From positions 352,001-416,000 of the forward strand of contig CAVQNG010000003.1 in assembly GCA_963713825.1 (NCBI GenBank): a DNA stretch of 64,000 nucleotides, read 5' to 3'. A program made the position numbers and the translations under genes. Under the pieces are notes generated by a model, which saw only the letters and a list, made by a program, of their open reading frames with translations, had not been told where the DNA came from and did not search any database. Below, in pieces: positions 20,176-31,497 of this stretch (its first letter is position 1; every line of letters starts with the position of its first letter). The stretch comes from an uncultured Acidobacteriota bacterium (GTDB taxonomy: Bacteria > Acidobacteriota > Thermoanaerobaculia > Multivoradales > JAHEKO01).

Positions 20176-21327
20176 TCAAGGGTTGATGTTCTCGCCCTTT
20201 TCGAGGCGCTCGATTTGGGTCTCCAGATTCTGCTTCTGGGGACCATCCGGCGCACGCTCCAGCGAAATAGCGGCGTGCTCAAGAGCCTTCTCGAAGTTTC
20301 CTTCCTGCGCGTAGACGCGAGCCATTCCGAAGTCGACGGGCCACTCACCGGCATTCATCTCGTAGTTCTTGCGGAAGAGCACGTTGGCATCGTCCAACTG
20401 CCCCTGAGCCTGCAGTCCGCGAGCGGCCATGTGCACGGCGACCGCGTTCGCTGTCGGATGCTCCATCGCCTGGTCGAAGATCTCCATCGCCTCTTCACTG
20501 CGACCGATCTGATTGAGGATTTGGGCCTTGTTCGAGATCGTCCCAAAGGTCGTATTCGCCGCAATCGCGGCGTCCGCCCAGCGAATCGCATCCTCGTGAT
20601 AGGCGTCCTGCTGAGCCGCCCATTGCGAGGCCTGAATCCAGTTCTGGAAGTTGAAGCCGGCGGCACCGGTCAGCTCCATTGCCATCGTGTCGTGGTAGAG
20701 CTCCACCTGGTTGGGCACTGAGATCCGAAACGGCACACGAAGATTTTCCCAATGCAACACGGCCTGGGCGGTATCGAGCTGGCGATCGTCGAACTCGTAG
20801 GTCAGCCACTCGCGGAAGAAATCGGCCTTCGCGGGCTGAACCTGGACCTGCAGGGCGTCGAGGCTCGGCTCATAGAAGAAGCTGCCCCATGCCGAGCTGT
20901 TCTTGTTGAAGATGATCGTCCATTCGGTCTCTCCGGGTGCCATGAACAGAGCGTAGGTCCCGGCGGCGAGCGGCTGGCCCTCGATCTCGACATCATGGGA
21001 GAAGGTGATCGTAGTGTTCTGATTCGCACCGGCCCGCCAAGGCATGTTCTCCGCGGTTCCGAATCCCGGATAGAAGGGATTAGGGGCGATGCCCCAGGGG
21101 ACCAGCTGGCCCCAGATCTTGCCCGTCCGGTCTTCGCCGGCAGGACTTGTGACATCCGGGGCGTTGTAGTCGATGGTCACGGAGACCATTCCGAGGTACT
21201 GCGTGACAACCGCGCGCTGATTGGCTCCTCCCGGCGGGGTGGTCAGGCCTTGAGCGACAAGGGACCCCGCGCTGGCCACCACAACCAGCAGGGTAAGGGT
21301 GGAAGACGGAGACAATGAAGAACGCAT
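20176..21327 (-). CDS. DUF2911 domain protein with TPRs, secreted
   Basis: VTIDY, IWGQLVPWG, WRAGANQNTTITFSHDV, GTYALF; AAGGAG RBS before 21327. Confidence 0.85.
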   Translation of the reverse strand: MRSSLSPSSTLTLLVVVASAGSLVAQGLTTPPGGANQRAVVTQYLGMVSVTIDYNAPDVTSPAGEDRTGKIWGQLVPWGIAPNPFYPGFGTAENMPWRAGANQNTTITFSHDVEIEGQPLAAGTYALFMAPGETEWTIIFNKNSSAWGSFFYEPSLDALQVQVQPAKADFFREWLTYEFDDRQLDTAQAVLHWENLRVPFRISVPNQVELYHDTMAMELTGAAGFNFQNWIQASQWAAQQDAYHEDAIRWADAAIAANTTFGTISNKAQILNQIGRSEEAMEIFDQAMEHPTANAVAVHMAARGLQAQGQLDDANVLFRKNYEMNAGEWPVDFGMARVYAQEGNFEKALEHAAISLERAPDGPQKQNLETQIERLEKGENINP

Positions 21328-21439
21328 CGAAACTCTCCTTTCGAGACTCATGGGGCGGGAGCGAATGGCCCGGGCTTCTTGGATACTTTCTTCCTTACGG
21401 GATTGGCGACCCAAGGTTGCTGCAATCGTGCAGATGAGC

Positions 21440-21910
21440 GCCTACGAGTCGAAGCCGGTAGCACCGGCAGTGACGCCCGAGTGATGGCGTTCTTCCTGCT
21501 TGAGGCAGAAGGAATCTGTATACGTCGAATTCGGACAGCACGATCCGATGACGACCGAAGATGTTCTGGAGTTGGCACAAGAGGACCGATTCGCGGCCTT
21601 CATCGCGGCTGGCGAGCCAGACTCGGAACTGATCGGCGGTTTGCTCAGGTCTCCCGATCTACGGGCGATGTCCGTTCAGCGAGCCGATGCGTTCGCAATC
21701 GAGTATCCATTCCTCAGGGCCGTGCGGTTTCCGGAGGGTGCGTACGATATCGCGGCCAACATCCCGGGCCAGGATCTACAGCTGCTGGCTGCACGCGTGC
21801 AGCTTCTGGTATCGGCCCCCTTCCCGCCAGCGCTGGCGGACCTGCTGTTACAGGCTGCATCCGAGACCCATGCCAACGCAACACCGTTCTCGTCTCGAGG
21901 AGGGCTGCTG
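21440..21910 (+). pseudogene. Internal fragment of a TAXI-family TRAP solute-binding protein
   Basis: VEAGSTGSDARVMAFFLLEAEGI, then a frameshift to RADAFAIEYPFLRAVRFPEGAYDIAANIP...PALADLLLQAASETH. No N-terminus or normal C-terminus. Confidence 0.55.
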
Positions 21911-21924
21911 TCGAGCTCCCGGGG

Positions 21925-22576
21925 TCACGCCTCGCTCGCCTTCAAGGCCTCCCGGCCCCTGGGCATCTCGAAGCGATCGCGGGTCCTGCAGTACTCGAGG
22001 CCTCCCATCCGACCGATGGCCTGAAGCCGGTCTGCGTCGACATGGAATCGATCGTTGATCAGCGCCTCATCGACATGGATGTAGACCACCCTGCCCATCA
22101 CCACATTGCCACTCGCCGGCTCACCTGGCGCCGTGCGCAAGATCTGCACGGTCTCGCATTCGAAGGCGACAGGAGACTCCGCCAGACGCGGGGGACGCAC
22201 CTTCGAGCTCGGTAGAGGGGTGAGGCCGGTCAACTCGAACTCGCTCTCGCCGTAGGGCAGCATCTCGGCCGCGGCAGCCACCTTTCGCGCATAGGTCTCG
22301 GTAGCCACGTTGACCACGAATTCGACCCACCCCGCCCTCCTCGGGAGGCAGACAATTCTGCAGCGTGTCCTTGTCTGAGCCGTCAGGCAGGGTCGCCGGG
22401 CAGAAGAGCAGGGTCATCGGATTTGAGCCCACCGCAGTGAAGAACGAATACGGGGCGAGGTTGTGAGCTCCCGCTGGCGAGATGGTGGACACAAAGGCGA
22501 TGGGTCGCGGCACGACGCTGCCGATCAGCAGCTTGTAGCGATCGCGGACATCGAGACTCTCAGGCTGGAATTCCAT
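21925..22576 (-). CDS. Flavin reductase family protein (frameshift near 22325)
   Basis: YKLLIGSVVPRPIAFVST, NLAPYSFF, KDTLQN, then EFVVNV, SPVAFEC, IGRMGG. Confidence 0.88.
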
Positions 22577-22728
22577 GCCGGGAGCCTACCCGATCGATCC
22601 ACGAGTCGGAGTAGACAAAGCCTGTCCGCGATGGGCCGCCTCGACTGGCAAACACTTTCTCCCTGTTGGGCGTCCAATCACTCGAGAACAGCCTGTTCCA
22701 CGGATCGTTCGAGAAAAGGAGCCCCCGC

Positions 22729-23474
22729 GTGATTCCTGTCAGCAAGCTCGTATTGTCCCTGTCTCTGGCTCTCCTGCCCGCCTCGGCGAAGGCCGCATCT
22801 GATCTCTCGCTCGAGGAGTTGATCGAACGCCACACCCTAGCTCGCGGCGGTCGGCTCGCCATCGAGTCGGTTGAGAGCCTGGAGATCGAGCTCGACATTG
22901 TCGAGCCGACCTTCGAAGTCCGAGGGCTCTATCGCGCGGATCGGGCCGAGCGGATGCGCATCGATATCTTCAGCGACAGCGAACGCGTCTTCTCAGAGGG
23001 CCACGATGGTTCGACCAGCTGGCAGTGGAAGGGGGGCGCGGAGCATTCCGAATCGACCACTCCCGAGGCGGCCGCCACACTCCGGCATGGAGCAATCCTC
23101 AACCTGCGCGGTCTACATGAGCTCGAAGAAGCCGGTCACAAGCTCACCTATTTGGGGCTGGAGACCCTGGAGGGGGTGCGCCTTCATACCCTTCAGATCA
23201 CTCTCGACGATGGCTTCGTGCTCTATGACTATCTCGATCCCGAGAGCCTTCTCGTCGTTCGCAGCCGGTCCTTTCGCGCCTTTCATCCGGACGTCATCCA
23301 AGGAGAAACGGAGACGAGACCCGCTACTCCGATTTTCGAGACGTGGGCGGCCAGAGACGGCCTTTCGTCACAGAAACCGTCGATCTGGCGACCGGAGAGA
23401 CGATCTCGAAAGTGACGGTCAAGGAGATCCAAATGAATCCGGTCCTCGAGGCGGCGATCTTCGAGGCACCCTGA
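22729..23474 (+). CDS. Secreted hypothetical protein (LolA/lipoprotein-sorting-like fold), frameshifted 3' end
   Basis: AAGGAG RBS + GTG; LEELIERHTLARGG motif; C-terminus VKEIQMNPVLEAAIFEAP* in another frame. Confidence 0.6.
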
Positions 23475-23526
23475 CTCAGTAGCCTGCTGTACTCGGACGC
23501 AGTTTCACCCTTTCAAGGAGGTTGCT

Positions 23527-24078
23527 ATGCGTTGGTCGAGGACAATATTCGTGTCCGCAGTCGTGCTGGGCTGCCTGGCTGTTGCAGGCTGGATGACTCC
23601 CGCGTTGGCCGATCACCACGAGGCCGGCTTGATCGAGGAAGCCCTGAGCGCTGCACCGCCTGAATTGCGCGACGGCGCGACTGTCATGGATTGGGAGAAC
23701 AACGTTCTCCGAGAAGGCGACAACGGCTGGACTTGCATGCCGACCCCGCCGAACCTTCAGGGGACTGCACCCATGTGCCTCGACAAGGTGTGGATGGAGT
23801 GGGCACACGCCTACCTCACCAAGACGGAATATGCAGGAGGCAAGTTCGGACTCTCCTACATGCTGGCCGGCGACGAACGATCGAGCAACATCGATCCCTA
23901 CGCCGAAGGACCGACCGAGGACAACCAATGGGTGGTCGAAGGCCCACACCTGATGATCCTGGTTCCGGATCCGGCGTTGCTGAAGGGTATCTCGACCGAC
24001 CCCTGGAACGGTGGACCGTACGTGATGTGGAAGGACACCTCCTACGTCCACATCATGGTGCCGTTGGGTAGGGACTAG
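23527..24078 (+). CDS. Conserved secreted hypothetical protein
   Basis: AAGGAGG RBS, signal peptide; ALSAAP, GWTCMP, PMC, YMLAGD, GPHLMI, GPYVMW, HIMVP. Confidence 0.8.
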   Translation: MRWSRTIFVSAVVLGCLAVAGWMTPALADHHEAGLIEEALSAAPPELRDGATVMDWENNVLREGDNGWTCMPTPPNLQGTAPMCLDKVWMEWAHAYLTKTEYAGGKFGLSYMLAGDERSSNIDPYAEGPTEDNQWVVEGPHLMILVPDPALLKGISTDPWNGGPYVMWKDTSYVHIMVPLGRD

Positions 24079-24284
24079 ACCTGTAGCATCAACGGCCAGG
24101 TGAACAGCCAAAGCGCTCCCAAACCGAGCGCTTGCTCTGAGCTTCCGCGGGCTCTACGTGGAACAGGACTGGTCTGCGCGCTGCCTGCTACAGCCGCTAC
24201 GACAACGGCGTCGGTCAGCACGCGGGCCACTCGGCCGAGCAGCTCTTCTTCTCTTCCTATTCAGATGGGCTCAGCCTTCAGTGG

Positions 24285-25697
24285 TCATCCGCCCCCTTTG
24301 GGAAACTTCTCCGCCTTGGGCGCCTCCCAGGTCTTCATCTTGTCCAGGTCTGGCTCGTAGATCCGCAGGATGATGTCCATGTCCTCGTCCTTGCGGTTGA
24401 TCGGCAGCCAGTTCTCCTCGGGCACGCCCTCGGGCTTCTCGGCGGCGACATAGACCTCGATGCTGCCGTTCTCGTCCAGCTGCATGCCGGCGTTCTCGCC
24501 CACGCTGTACTTCTTGCGGTCGTTGGGGATGAAGAAACCGTTGTTCAGGTCGTAAAGCGTGAAGGACCAGAACACCTCCGTGGGAGGCATCTCGTCCGCC
24601 GCCATGCGGATCACGTAGTCGTTCATCGCGTTCATCTGCGAGCCGTCGATGGTGGTGACGGCAGGATAGACCGCCTCGACCGCGGGCAGACCGATCGGAC
24701 CGAGCACCGACTGGAACAGCAGCAGTTCCAGGGGCATCTCCCCCTTCGGCTTGAACTTGCCGAAGCGCTCTTTCTGGTGAAACGCCGCGTCCGAGGCCTT
24801 GGCCATCTCTTCGCTGAAGATTCGTTCGGAGACTGCGCGGACCTTCGCGCCGTCGATCTTGGCCACCCTGGCGGCATCGTAGGGCTGGCCCGGTACGACC
24901 CCGAGCGGCTCGTAGGCAGCCAACAGCTCGCGGTCGAGCTCGTCATTCGGGTCGAAAGTGGTGTGATTGAACACGAACTGCATCACTTCGAGCAGATTGT
25001 TCCCGAAGACGTCCGCGTCCTTCTGACCGACCGGCGGGAACGCGATGTCGTCGATCGGCTTGGCCGCCTGCCCGTGGAATTCGGACAGGGTGACCGCCTT
25101 CACCTGCTCCATCTGGCCGACGATGCGCTCGAACCGCGCCTGATCGCTGGCGTGGGGCATGATGCGCAGGACCGCGGAGATGAAGTCGCCGGAGGCCTCG
25201 AAGACCTGGTCGACGCCTTCCACCGGCTCGCCGTCGTAACCCTCGGTGCGAGCGCTGTAGAACAGCATCTTCTCCGGCTTTTCGAAGTCGTCGAGCCGGG
25301 TCGACATCGGCACGTTCACGTAGTGGTCGTAGGCGGTGACCATCAGCGACACGTAGTCCGAGTCGAAGGCCGGCATCTCGAGGATGACGGGGTCCTTGCG
25401 CAGGTCCAGCAAGCAGCTGGTGTAGAGCGTGTCATTGTTGGGCCGCGCGATCTCGCGCATGGTGTGATCCTTGAGCTGGGTGTCGGCATCACAGGTATTC
25501 CACCCACCGTGCTTTAACGCGAACTTGTTGTTGACGTTGTACATGGCCACGTACTGGTACGACCGCTCGACGAGGTTCTCGACCTCCTGGTCGCTCAGCC
25601 CGCTGCTGACGACAGCGTCTTCGGGTGTGGAGCAACCAAGCATTACGGTGGCGAGTGCCACGAGAATGATGGACAGAAACGTCAAATTCCTCTTCAT
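24285..25697 (-). CDS. DUF1254/DUF1214 domain lipoprotein
   Basis: Lipobox MLGC; RPNNDTLY, FWSFTLYD, ENWLP, LRIYEP. Confidence 0.85.
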   Translation of the reverse strand: MKRNLTFLSIILVALATVMLGCSTPEDAVVSSGLSDQEVENLVERSYQYVAMYNVNNKFALKHGGWNTCDADTQLKDHTMREIARPNNDTLYTSCLLDLRKDPVILEMPAFDSDYVSLMVTAYDHYVNVPMSTRLDDFEKPEKMLFYSARTEGYDGEPVEGVDQVFEASGDFISAVLRIMPHASDQARFERIVGQMEQVKAVTLSEFHGQAAKPIDDIAFPPVGQKDADVFGNNLLEVMQFVFNHTTFDPNDELDRELLAAYEPLGVVPGQPYDAARVAKIDGAKVRAVSERIFSEEMAKASDAAFHQKERFGKFKPKGEMPLELLLFQSVLGPIGLPAVEAVYPAVTTIDGSQMNAMNDYVIRMAADEMPPTEVFWSFTLYDLNNGFFIPNDRKKYSVGENAGMQLDENGSIEVYVAAEKPEGVPEENWLPINRKDEDMDIILRIYEPDLDKMKTWEAPKAEKFPKGGG

Positions 25698-25787
25698 AAT
25701 AAGTCTCCCGTCTGTTCAGGTGCGGCGGTAACAGGCCCGCTGCCCTTGCATTGTCGTGCTCGAGCTAACAAGCCGCCCCCCATCCGA

Positions 25788-28185
25788 TCAATCATCGTCT
25801 GGCGAGCGCTTGAATGCAGGCCGCTCGTCCTGCAGATTCTTGAAATAGAGTCGCTCCAAGGTTCCCTCGAAGGTGAAGGGGGCCCTGTCGAAGTAGGCGT
25901 CGGCGACCGGCGAGAGTGTGTCCATGCCGACGTCGAAGGTCTCCGAGGCGGTGAAGGTCAGCGGAATCGTGCGCTGGACCGTTCCCCCGGCGGCCTCCTT
26001 GCCGTTGATCCAGAACTTGAGCTCCGCGGGGGCGGCACGCTCGAGGGGCGTCTTCATCTCGAGGGCGATCTGCACCTCCCCGGCCGGTAGCTTGCCGACC
26101 TCGATCTTGTCGCGCTTGAGCAGCAGCGCGCTGTATTCGTAGTAGAGAGTGCCGTCGACGGCGAAGAGGCTGACGCCGCCGGCGTAACCGCCCATCGCGA
26201 AGATCACCCCATTGACCCCCTCTGGCACCTCGGCCTCGATCTCCACCCGGATATTCCCGTTTCGCACATTCGGCGCCTGGCTTTCGGGGATGCGCGTCAT
26301 CCCATCGAACAGAGTCCATTCGGTGTTGGTGGTGCGCTGCTGCTCCTGCGGGTTGAGCGGGGTGAACAGGCCGCCGCCGATCGGCAAGACTCTTGTTTTC
26401 CTCGGCCACCTGCATGAAGAGCGCCTTGAGTTCCTCCAACTTGTCGGGGTTGTCGGCGGCCAGGTCGTTCATCAGCGAGTAGTCCTTGCGGGTGTCGAAC
26501 AACTCCCAAGAATCCTGCATCGGATCCCATTGGCTGATGTCGATCACCTCCGCCACCCATGGTTTCCGGGGCCCGAAGGTGTTGGCCATCCAGCCCTCGT
26601 GGTAGATGCCGCGGCTGCCCATGATGTCGAAGTACTGGGTCTTCTTCCGTTCCGGGGCGCTTGGGGAGTCGAAGGTGTAGGCAAAGCTGACGCCGTCGAT
26701 GGGGTCCTGCTTGTGGCCGTCGACGACCTTCGGTGGCTCGATGCCGAGGATTTCGTAGAGGGTGGGAACGACGTCGTTGACGTGAGTGAACTGCGGCCGC
26801 GGTGTCTTGTCGGGCTTGATGCGCTCCGGCCACGAGATGACCATCGGCGTGCGGGTGCCGCCCCAGTCGGCGGCGATCAGCTTGGTGTAGCGGAACGGCG
26901 AATCACCGGCCCAGGCCCAGGCGGAGTGGTACATGTTGTCCATTTTCGGGCCGCCGATCGCTTCCAGTCCGCCGAGTTGCTCGGCCACCGCCATGTGCTC
27001 CTCAACGGTGGACGGAATCCCGTTCTGGGCGTTGAGCTCGGCGACACTGCCGTCCATGCCTTCGGCCGAGGCGCCGTTGTCGGAGAGGATGTAGAGAACC
27101 AGGGTGTTGTCGCGGATGCCGCGTTCCTCAAGGGCGTCGATCAATCTGCCGACCTGGACGTCGGTGTGCTCGAGGAAGCCGGCGTAAACCTCCATCAGGC
27201 GTGCCTGGAAGCTGCGTTCATTTTCAGAGAGGTTGTTCCAGGCCGGCATCCCTTCAGGACGTGGTGCGCGCTTGGTGTTGGCCGGAATCCAGCCGATCTC
27301 CTTCTGGCGATCGAAGACCCGCTTTTGGTAGGCGTCCCAGCCGTCGTCGAACTTGCCCTTGTACTTGTCGGCCCATTTCGCGGCGACGTGGTGCGGACCG
27401 TGGACTGCGCCCGGCGTCCACCACATCAGGAAGGGACGGTCGGGGTTGATCGCGAGGTGGCGGTTCATCCACATGATCGCCTTGTCCGCCATGGCCTCGG
27501 TGAGGTGGTAGTCCTCGTAGTTTTCGACGTGGGGAGGGGAGATTGGGTTGTTGTTCTCCCACAGGGCGGGTTCCCACTGGGAGCTCTCGCCGGCGATGAA
27601 GCCGTAGAAGTAGTCGAAGCCGCGGCCGACCGGTGTGCGGTCATAGGGGCCGTTGGCGAGCTGGTCGACCGGGGTGTTGTGATCCTTGCCAAAGGCGGCG
27701 GAGGCGTAGCCGTAATAGCCGAGCACCTCGGCGATGGTGGCCGAGGACTTCGGAATGATGCCGGTGTAGCCGTCCCAGTCGTTGGCGAGTTCAGCGATCT
27801 GACCGAAGCCCACGCGGTTGTGGTTGCGGCCCGTCATCAGGGCAGCCCGGGTCGGCGAGCACATCGCGGTGGTGTGGAAGGCGTTGTAGGAGATGCCCTC
27901 GCTGGCCAGGCGCGTCATCGTTGGTGTCTCGATCTCGCCGCCGAAGGCGCTGGGCTGCCCGAATCCAGCGTCGTCGAGCATGACGATGAGGATGTTGGGC
28001 GCGTCCGCGGACAGGTGGCGCGGCGCTTCACGCCACTTGTGGACGGATTCCTGCATGGTCGGGCCGACCTTGCCGCCCATGGGCGGCGTAGGAAAAGGGA
28101 GGACATCCTGGGCGCTCGCCGACATGGCGAGGAGCGCGGAGAATGTCAGCCCCATAGCTATCTTCGGTAGCTCTATCGTTCTCAT
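25788..28185 (-). CDS. Arylsulfatase (formylglycine-dependent), frameshift near 26390
   Basis: PNILIVMLDDAGF, CSPTRAALMTG (CxPxR), SDNGAS; C-terminal domain continues in ORF 25788..26387. Confidence 0.92.
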
Positions 28186-28279
28186 GCTGTGGGTCCTTTC
28201 TGATGCAATGGAGAATTCCGTAGAAACCCCAGGGGCCGCGCGCTGCCGCCTAGGGGGATTCGATCTGTCAGGAAGCTGA

Positions 28280-30013
28280 TCATCGATCCTCCAGGACCTC
28301 GACGAGGACCTTGCCGCGGGTCCCGGAGGGCGGCTTGGTACCCGCCACGGCGGCGAGGGTCGGGGCCACGTCGATGGTGTGGATCTCCCGGAAGACTTGC
28401 CGCGGTTCGAGTCCGGCCCCAGCGAAGATGACCGGCACGAAGGTGTCGTAGCGCCAGGGCGATCCGTGGGTCACCGCCACAGCGAGGCCGTCGAAGTCAT
28501 TGATGAACCAGTTCGGGGCGAACACGACGTAGATCTCGCCGGAGCGCTGTGGATTGTAGTTGTTCAACACCGAACGCAGTAGCGGCGTGTCGGGCAAGCG
28601 GCCTTGCGTCATCGCGGTGCTGGAGACCGCCAGCGCGACGCCTTCGAACTTGACCAGTTCGGCAGCGACCGCCTCCTCGACCTCAGCCAGCGAGAGCCCT
28701 TTTTCCGCAATGAGTTCACGGTTCAGGTAGAGGTAGGGGTGGGAGTATTGCCGGATAAGCGGTTCGGCGATACCGAATCGTTTCTTCAGCGCCTCGAATC
28801 CCGCTTCCTTCTCCCAGGTGTCCGGCATCACATATTGGGAGTCGAAGCCGTAGCGTTGAAGATCCGGCGGCGCCTCGGGTCCGCCGTGATCGGCGGAGAG
28901 CACGATCAGGGTGTTATCCAGTCCAACTTTCTTGTCGATGTACTTGAAAAGGGCGGCCAGGGTCCGGTCGAGGCGTAGCAGGTTCTCCTCGGACTCAAGG
29001 CTGGATGGGCCGAACACGTGCCCGACGTAGTCGGTGGAAGAGAAACTGACGGCCAGGTAATCGGTCACCGCGTCGGCACCGATGTTCTCACTCTCGATGA
29101 GGGCCTTGGCAAAATCGAGTGTCAACTCGTCGCCGGCGGGGCTCATGGTGAGAAACGTTGAGAAGCCCTTTCCATCCGCCGGTCCGAACGGGTGTGGGAA
29201 GACCCTGCCGTACGGTTCCAGGTTGGTTTCCCACTCCTGGTCGTCGCGGTCGCCGAACAGGTAGGTCGAACGTTCATTCGACAGTTCCCAGGCCGTATCG
29301 CCGAAACGTTTGGTCGGATCTGCCTCGTTAAAGGAAGTCACCCATTCCGGATAGTCCTTGTAGTAGAACTCGCTGGTGATCCATTGCTTGGCGGTTTTCG
29401 AAAACCAGAATGCCTTGCCCGCGTGGCCTGCCATCGAAATCGCGCCGCGGTCCTTGACGGAAACTCCGAACACTTTCGCCTTGCCGGCGGTGCTGATCGC
29501 CAGTTCGTCGCCGAAGGTGGAGACGAGAATCACCGAAGGCGAGCGGCCTTCAGTCGTCGCGATCTTCTGGGTCGGATCGATCTCCGACGCCTTGTCGACG
29601 TCCGCTCCCTGGGTCAACAGCCCATAGCGTCCGTCCTCGACGTTGTAGATCATCTCGCCGCTGCCACGGTCGAACCAGACGTTGCCGATCATGCCGTGAA
29701 CCGCGGGCTGTGCCCCGGTCGCCAGGGTGGTGTGCCCCACAATGGTCTCGGTGTTGGCGTGAGCGTGGTGGGCGTTTGCGAAGACAACCCCTTCCTCGAG
29801 CAGGTATCGGAAACCGCCTTCGCCCATGCGGTCGAGATACCGCCCCGGCAAGTCGCCGCGCAACTGGTCGACGGTGATCTGGAGAATCAACCTCGGCTTT
29901 TCCGTTTCCGCCAACGCGGCACCCTGGAACAGGAAGCCGATGCTGGCGATGCTGACCATGGCCGGCAGGTGTGCCAGCCGCGCCATTGAGAATCTCCGCG
30001 TTATAGCTGTCAT
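28280..30013 (-). CDS. Alkaline phosphatase / nucleotide pyrophosphatase family (PafA-like)
   Basis: ITVDQLRGD, TETIVGH (Thr nucleophile), KDRGAI, TDYVGHVFG, LSADHG, THGSPW. Confidence 0.9.
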   Translation of the reverse strand: MTAITRRFSMARLAHLPAMVSIASIGFLFQGAALAETEKPRLILQITVDQLRGDLPGRYLDRMGEGGFRYLLEEGVVFANAHHAHANTETIVGHTTLATGAQPAVHGMIGNVWFDRGSGEMIYNVEDGRYGLLTQGADVDKASEIDPTQKIATTEGRSPSVILVSTFGDELAISTAGKAKVFGVSVKDRGAISMAGHAGKAFWFSKTAKQWITSEFYYKDYPEWVTSFNEADPTKRFGDTAWELSNERSTYLFGDRDDQEWETNLEPYGRVFPHPFGPADGKGFSTFLTMSPAGDELTLDFAKALIESENIGADAVTDYLAVSFSSTDYVGHVFGPSSLESEENLLRLDRTLAALFKYIDKKVGLDNTLIVLSADHGGPEAPPDLQRYGFDSQYVMPDTWEKEAGFEALKKRFGIAEPLIRQYSHPYLYLNRELIAEKGLSLAEVEEAVAAELVKFEGVALAVSSTAMTQGRLPDTPLLRSVLNNYNPQRSGEIYVVFAPNWFINDFDGLAVAVTHGSPWRYDTFVPVIFAGAGLEPRQVFREIHTIDVAPTLAAVAGTKPPSGTRGKVLVEVLEDR

Positions 30014-30297
30014 TGTCGAACTCCTGTCCCTCTACCACTGGGTGCAATGTCCATCGCCTCCAGCCAGGTCTCGATTTCGCGGCCGAGCTCCATCATCAAG
30101 TCGGTGTACTCCTGCCGGCGATGGTTCCCCTCGGCCGCTGTCGATTTCTTCCAGCGATGGAGCGCCGCAACGCATCTGCGGTAGTCCTCGCACAGATCCC
30201 GGAAGGGTCGGCTCTCATGGAAGGCGTGCTCGACAAGCTGGTCCCTACCAGGAAACGAGCTCTGGATCAGTTTCAACGTGTCGAGTTCACGACTCAT
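30010..30297 (-). CDS. Small helical hypothetical protein (FRDLCEDY motif)
   Basis: Protein-like ORF, with ATGA overlap into the phosphatase start at 30010-30013. Confidence 0.7.
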   Translation of the reverse strand: MSRELDTLKLIQSSFPGRDQLVEHAFHESRPFRDLCEDYRRCVAALHRWKKSTAAEGNHRRQEYTDLMMELGREIETWLEAMDIAPSGRGTGVRQ

Positions 30298-30356
30298 GGC
30301 TCGGTCCTCATTCGGACCCATGCATCTCGGCCAAAGGTCAGAGCTCGACTGGAGCT

Positions 30357-30788
30357 CTAATCTTCGATGGCCTCCGGAGCGATGTTGGAGAAGGCCTGTA
30401 AAAGGGAACGTTCAACGACACCGGCAAGGAGCATGCTCGGATTCTCTTTGCAACGCCGGCCGATTTCGCTGTAGTACTCGACACGAAGCGCTTCCACATC
30501 CTCTGCAGAATGCCCATAGACATCCTCGATGTCGAGATCGTGGTTGAGAAAAGTGATCGCGCTCACCTTGTCCACGATCTCGATGTAGGTTTCTGGAACC
30601 TCTCCGGCCTCCACCCAGGCGGCTTCGCAACTCATATAGAGATACGGTCGGGCCAGCTCGACGTACTCTTCGGCGGTCAAGTACTCTTTCGTTGCTTCCT
30701 CCGAAGAACTCGAGGCTGGTATCAGCAGGACGAGTGCTACCGCGACGAGGGCCGGGGCGCACCACAGGATTTCGTTTCTGAACCTCAT
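30357..30788 (-). CDS. Secreted hypothetical protein with two Cys
   Basis: GAGGAGG RBS before MRFRNE; signal peptide; MSCEAAW...RCKENPSMLLAG. Confidence 0.7.
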   Translation of the reverse strand: MRFRNEILWCAPALVAVALVLLIPASSSSEEATKEYLTAEEYVELARPYLYMSCEAAWVEAGEVPETYIEIVDKVSAITFLNHDLDIEDVYGHSAEDVEALRVEYYSEIGRRCKENPSMLLAGVVERSLLQAFSNIAPEAIED

Positions 30789-30870
30789 AGCTACCTCCTC
30801 AATGGCTTTCAGGCGAATTCGTTTCAGGTTCAACCGCAGGTCTCTTTGGAGCGCAACCTGTCTCCCTTGC

Positions 30871-31242
30871 TCAATTCCCGTCCCTCTTGTCCTTGTCCTT
30901 TTCCTTGCCGATGATCGCGCCGGCAGCACCGGCGTAAATGGCTCCCTTCGCCGCCCCCTCGAGTCCGTCGCCCTTGAGCAGGCCTACCCCGGCGCCGATA
31001 GCCGCACCCTTCTTCGCGTAGTCCTGAGCCTTCTCTCTCTCTCCCTTGGTCGCCATCGCCCCGGCGCCCGCGCCGACCAGAGCTCCTTTGGCCGCTCCCG
31101 AGCTTCCACCGGTGAGCAGGCCCACCCCGGCGCCGATGGCGGCCCCTTTCCCTCTCTCGTCTTTCGCTCTCGACGGAGCAGGAATGGACACCGCTGCGAT
31201 CACCAGGATCAAGATGATGGCTAGTACAGTTCTACCGTGCAT
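30871..31242 (-). CDS. Glycine-zipper (YMGG-like) secreted protein
   Basis: Duplicated KGAAIGAGVGLL...GAAKGA glycine zippers; signal peptide. Confidence 0.8.
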   Translation of the reverse strand: MHGRTVLAIILILVIAAVSIPAPSRAKDERGKGAAIGAGVGLLTGGSSGAAKGALVGAGAGAMATKGEREKAQDYAKKGAAIGAGVGLLKGDGLEGAAKGAIYAGAAGAIIGKEKDKDKRDGN

Positions 31243-31497
31243 CTCTCGTCCTCCTTCCTGTTTTCGTATCGTCCGTTTCCAGAGCGTCGTGTCAGGAACC
31301 TCGAGCCTTCCTGGGAAACGGATCCGACACTGCGACCCAGGCTGTCTTTCGCCTGCGGTCTCGCGCTAGCTTTTCCGATGGACTGCAGTCTGGCTCGAAT
31401 CGAGCCGTCAGATAAGGGATTTAGGTTATCGAAGGGTAAACTAGGTGCTCCGTAGTCGAGTGCTCCACTCTGAACCGAGACTGGAAAAGGCCTGACG

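Noticed and set aside
18340-26400. Programmed ribosomal frameshifting in padR, the cyclase, the flavin reductase or the sulfatase
   Set aside because: No slippery sites are evident, the families are unrelated, and the regional clustering points to sequence error.
26212-28170. 652-aa plus-strand ORF (and other long antisense ORFs such as 10006-11229 and 55668-56987)
   Set aside because: These are shadow ORFs opposite well-supported genes, expected in high-GC DNA, and show no recognisable motifs.
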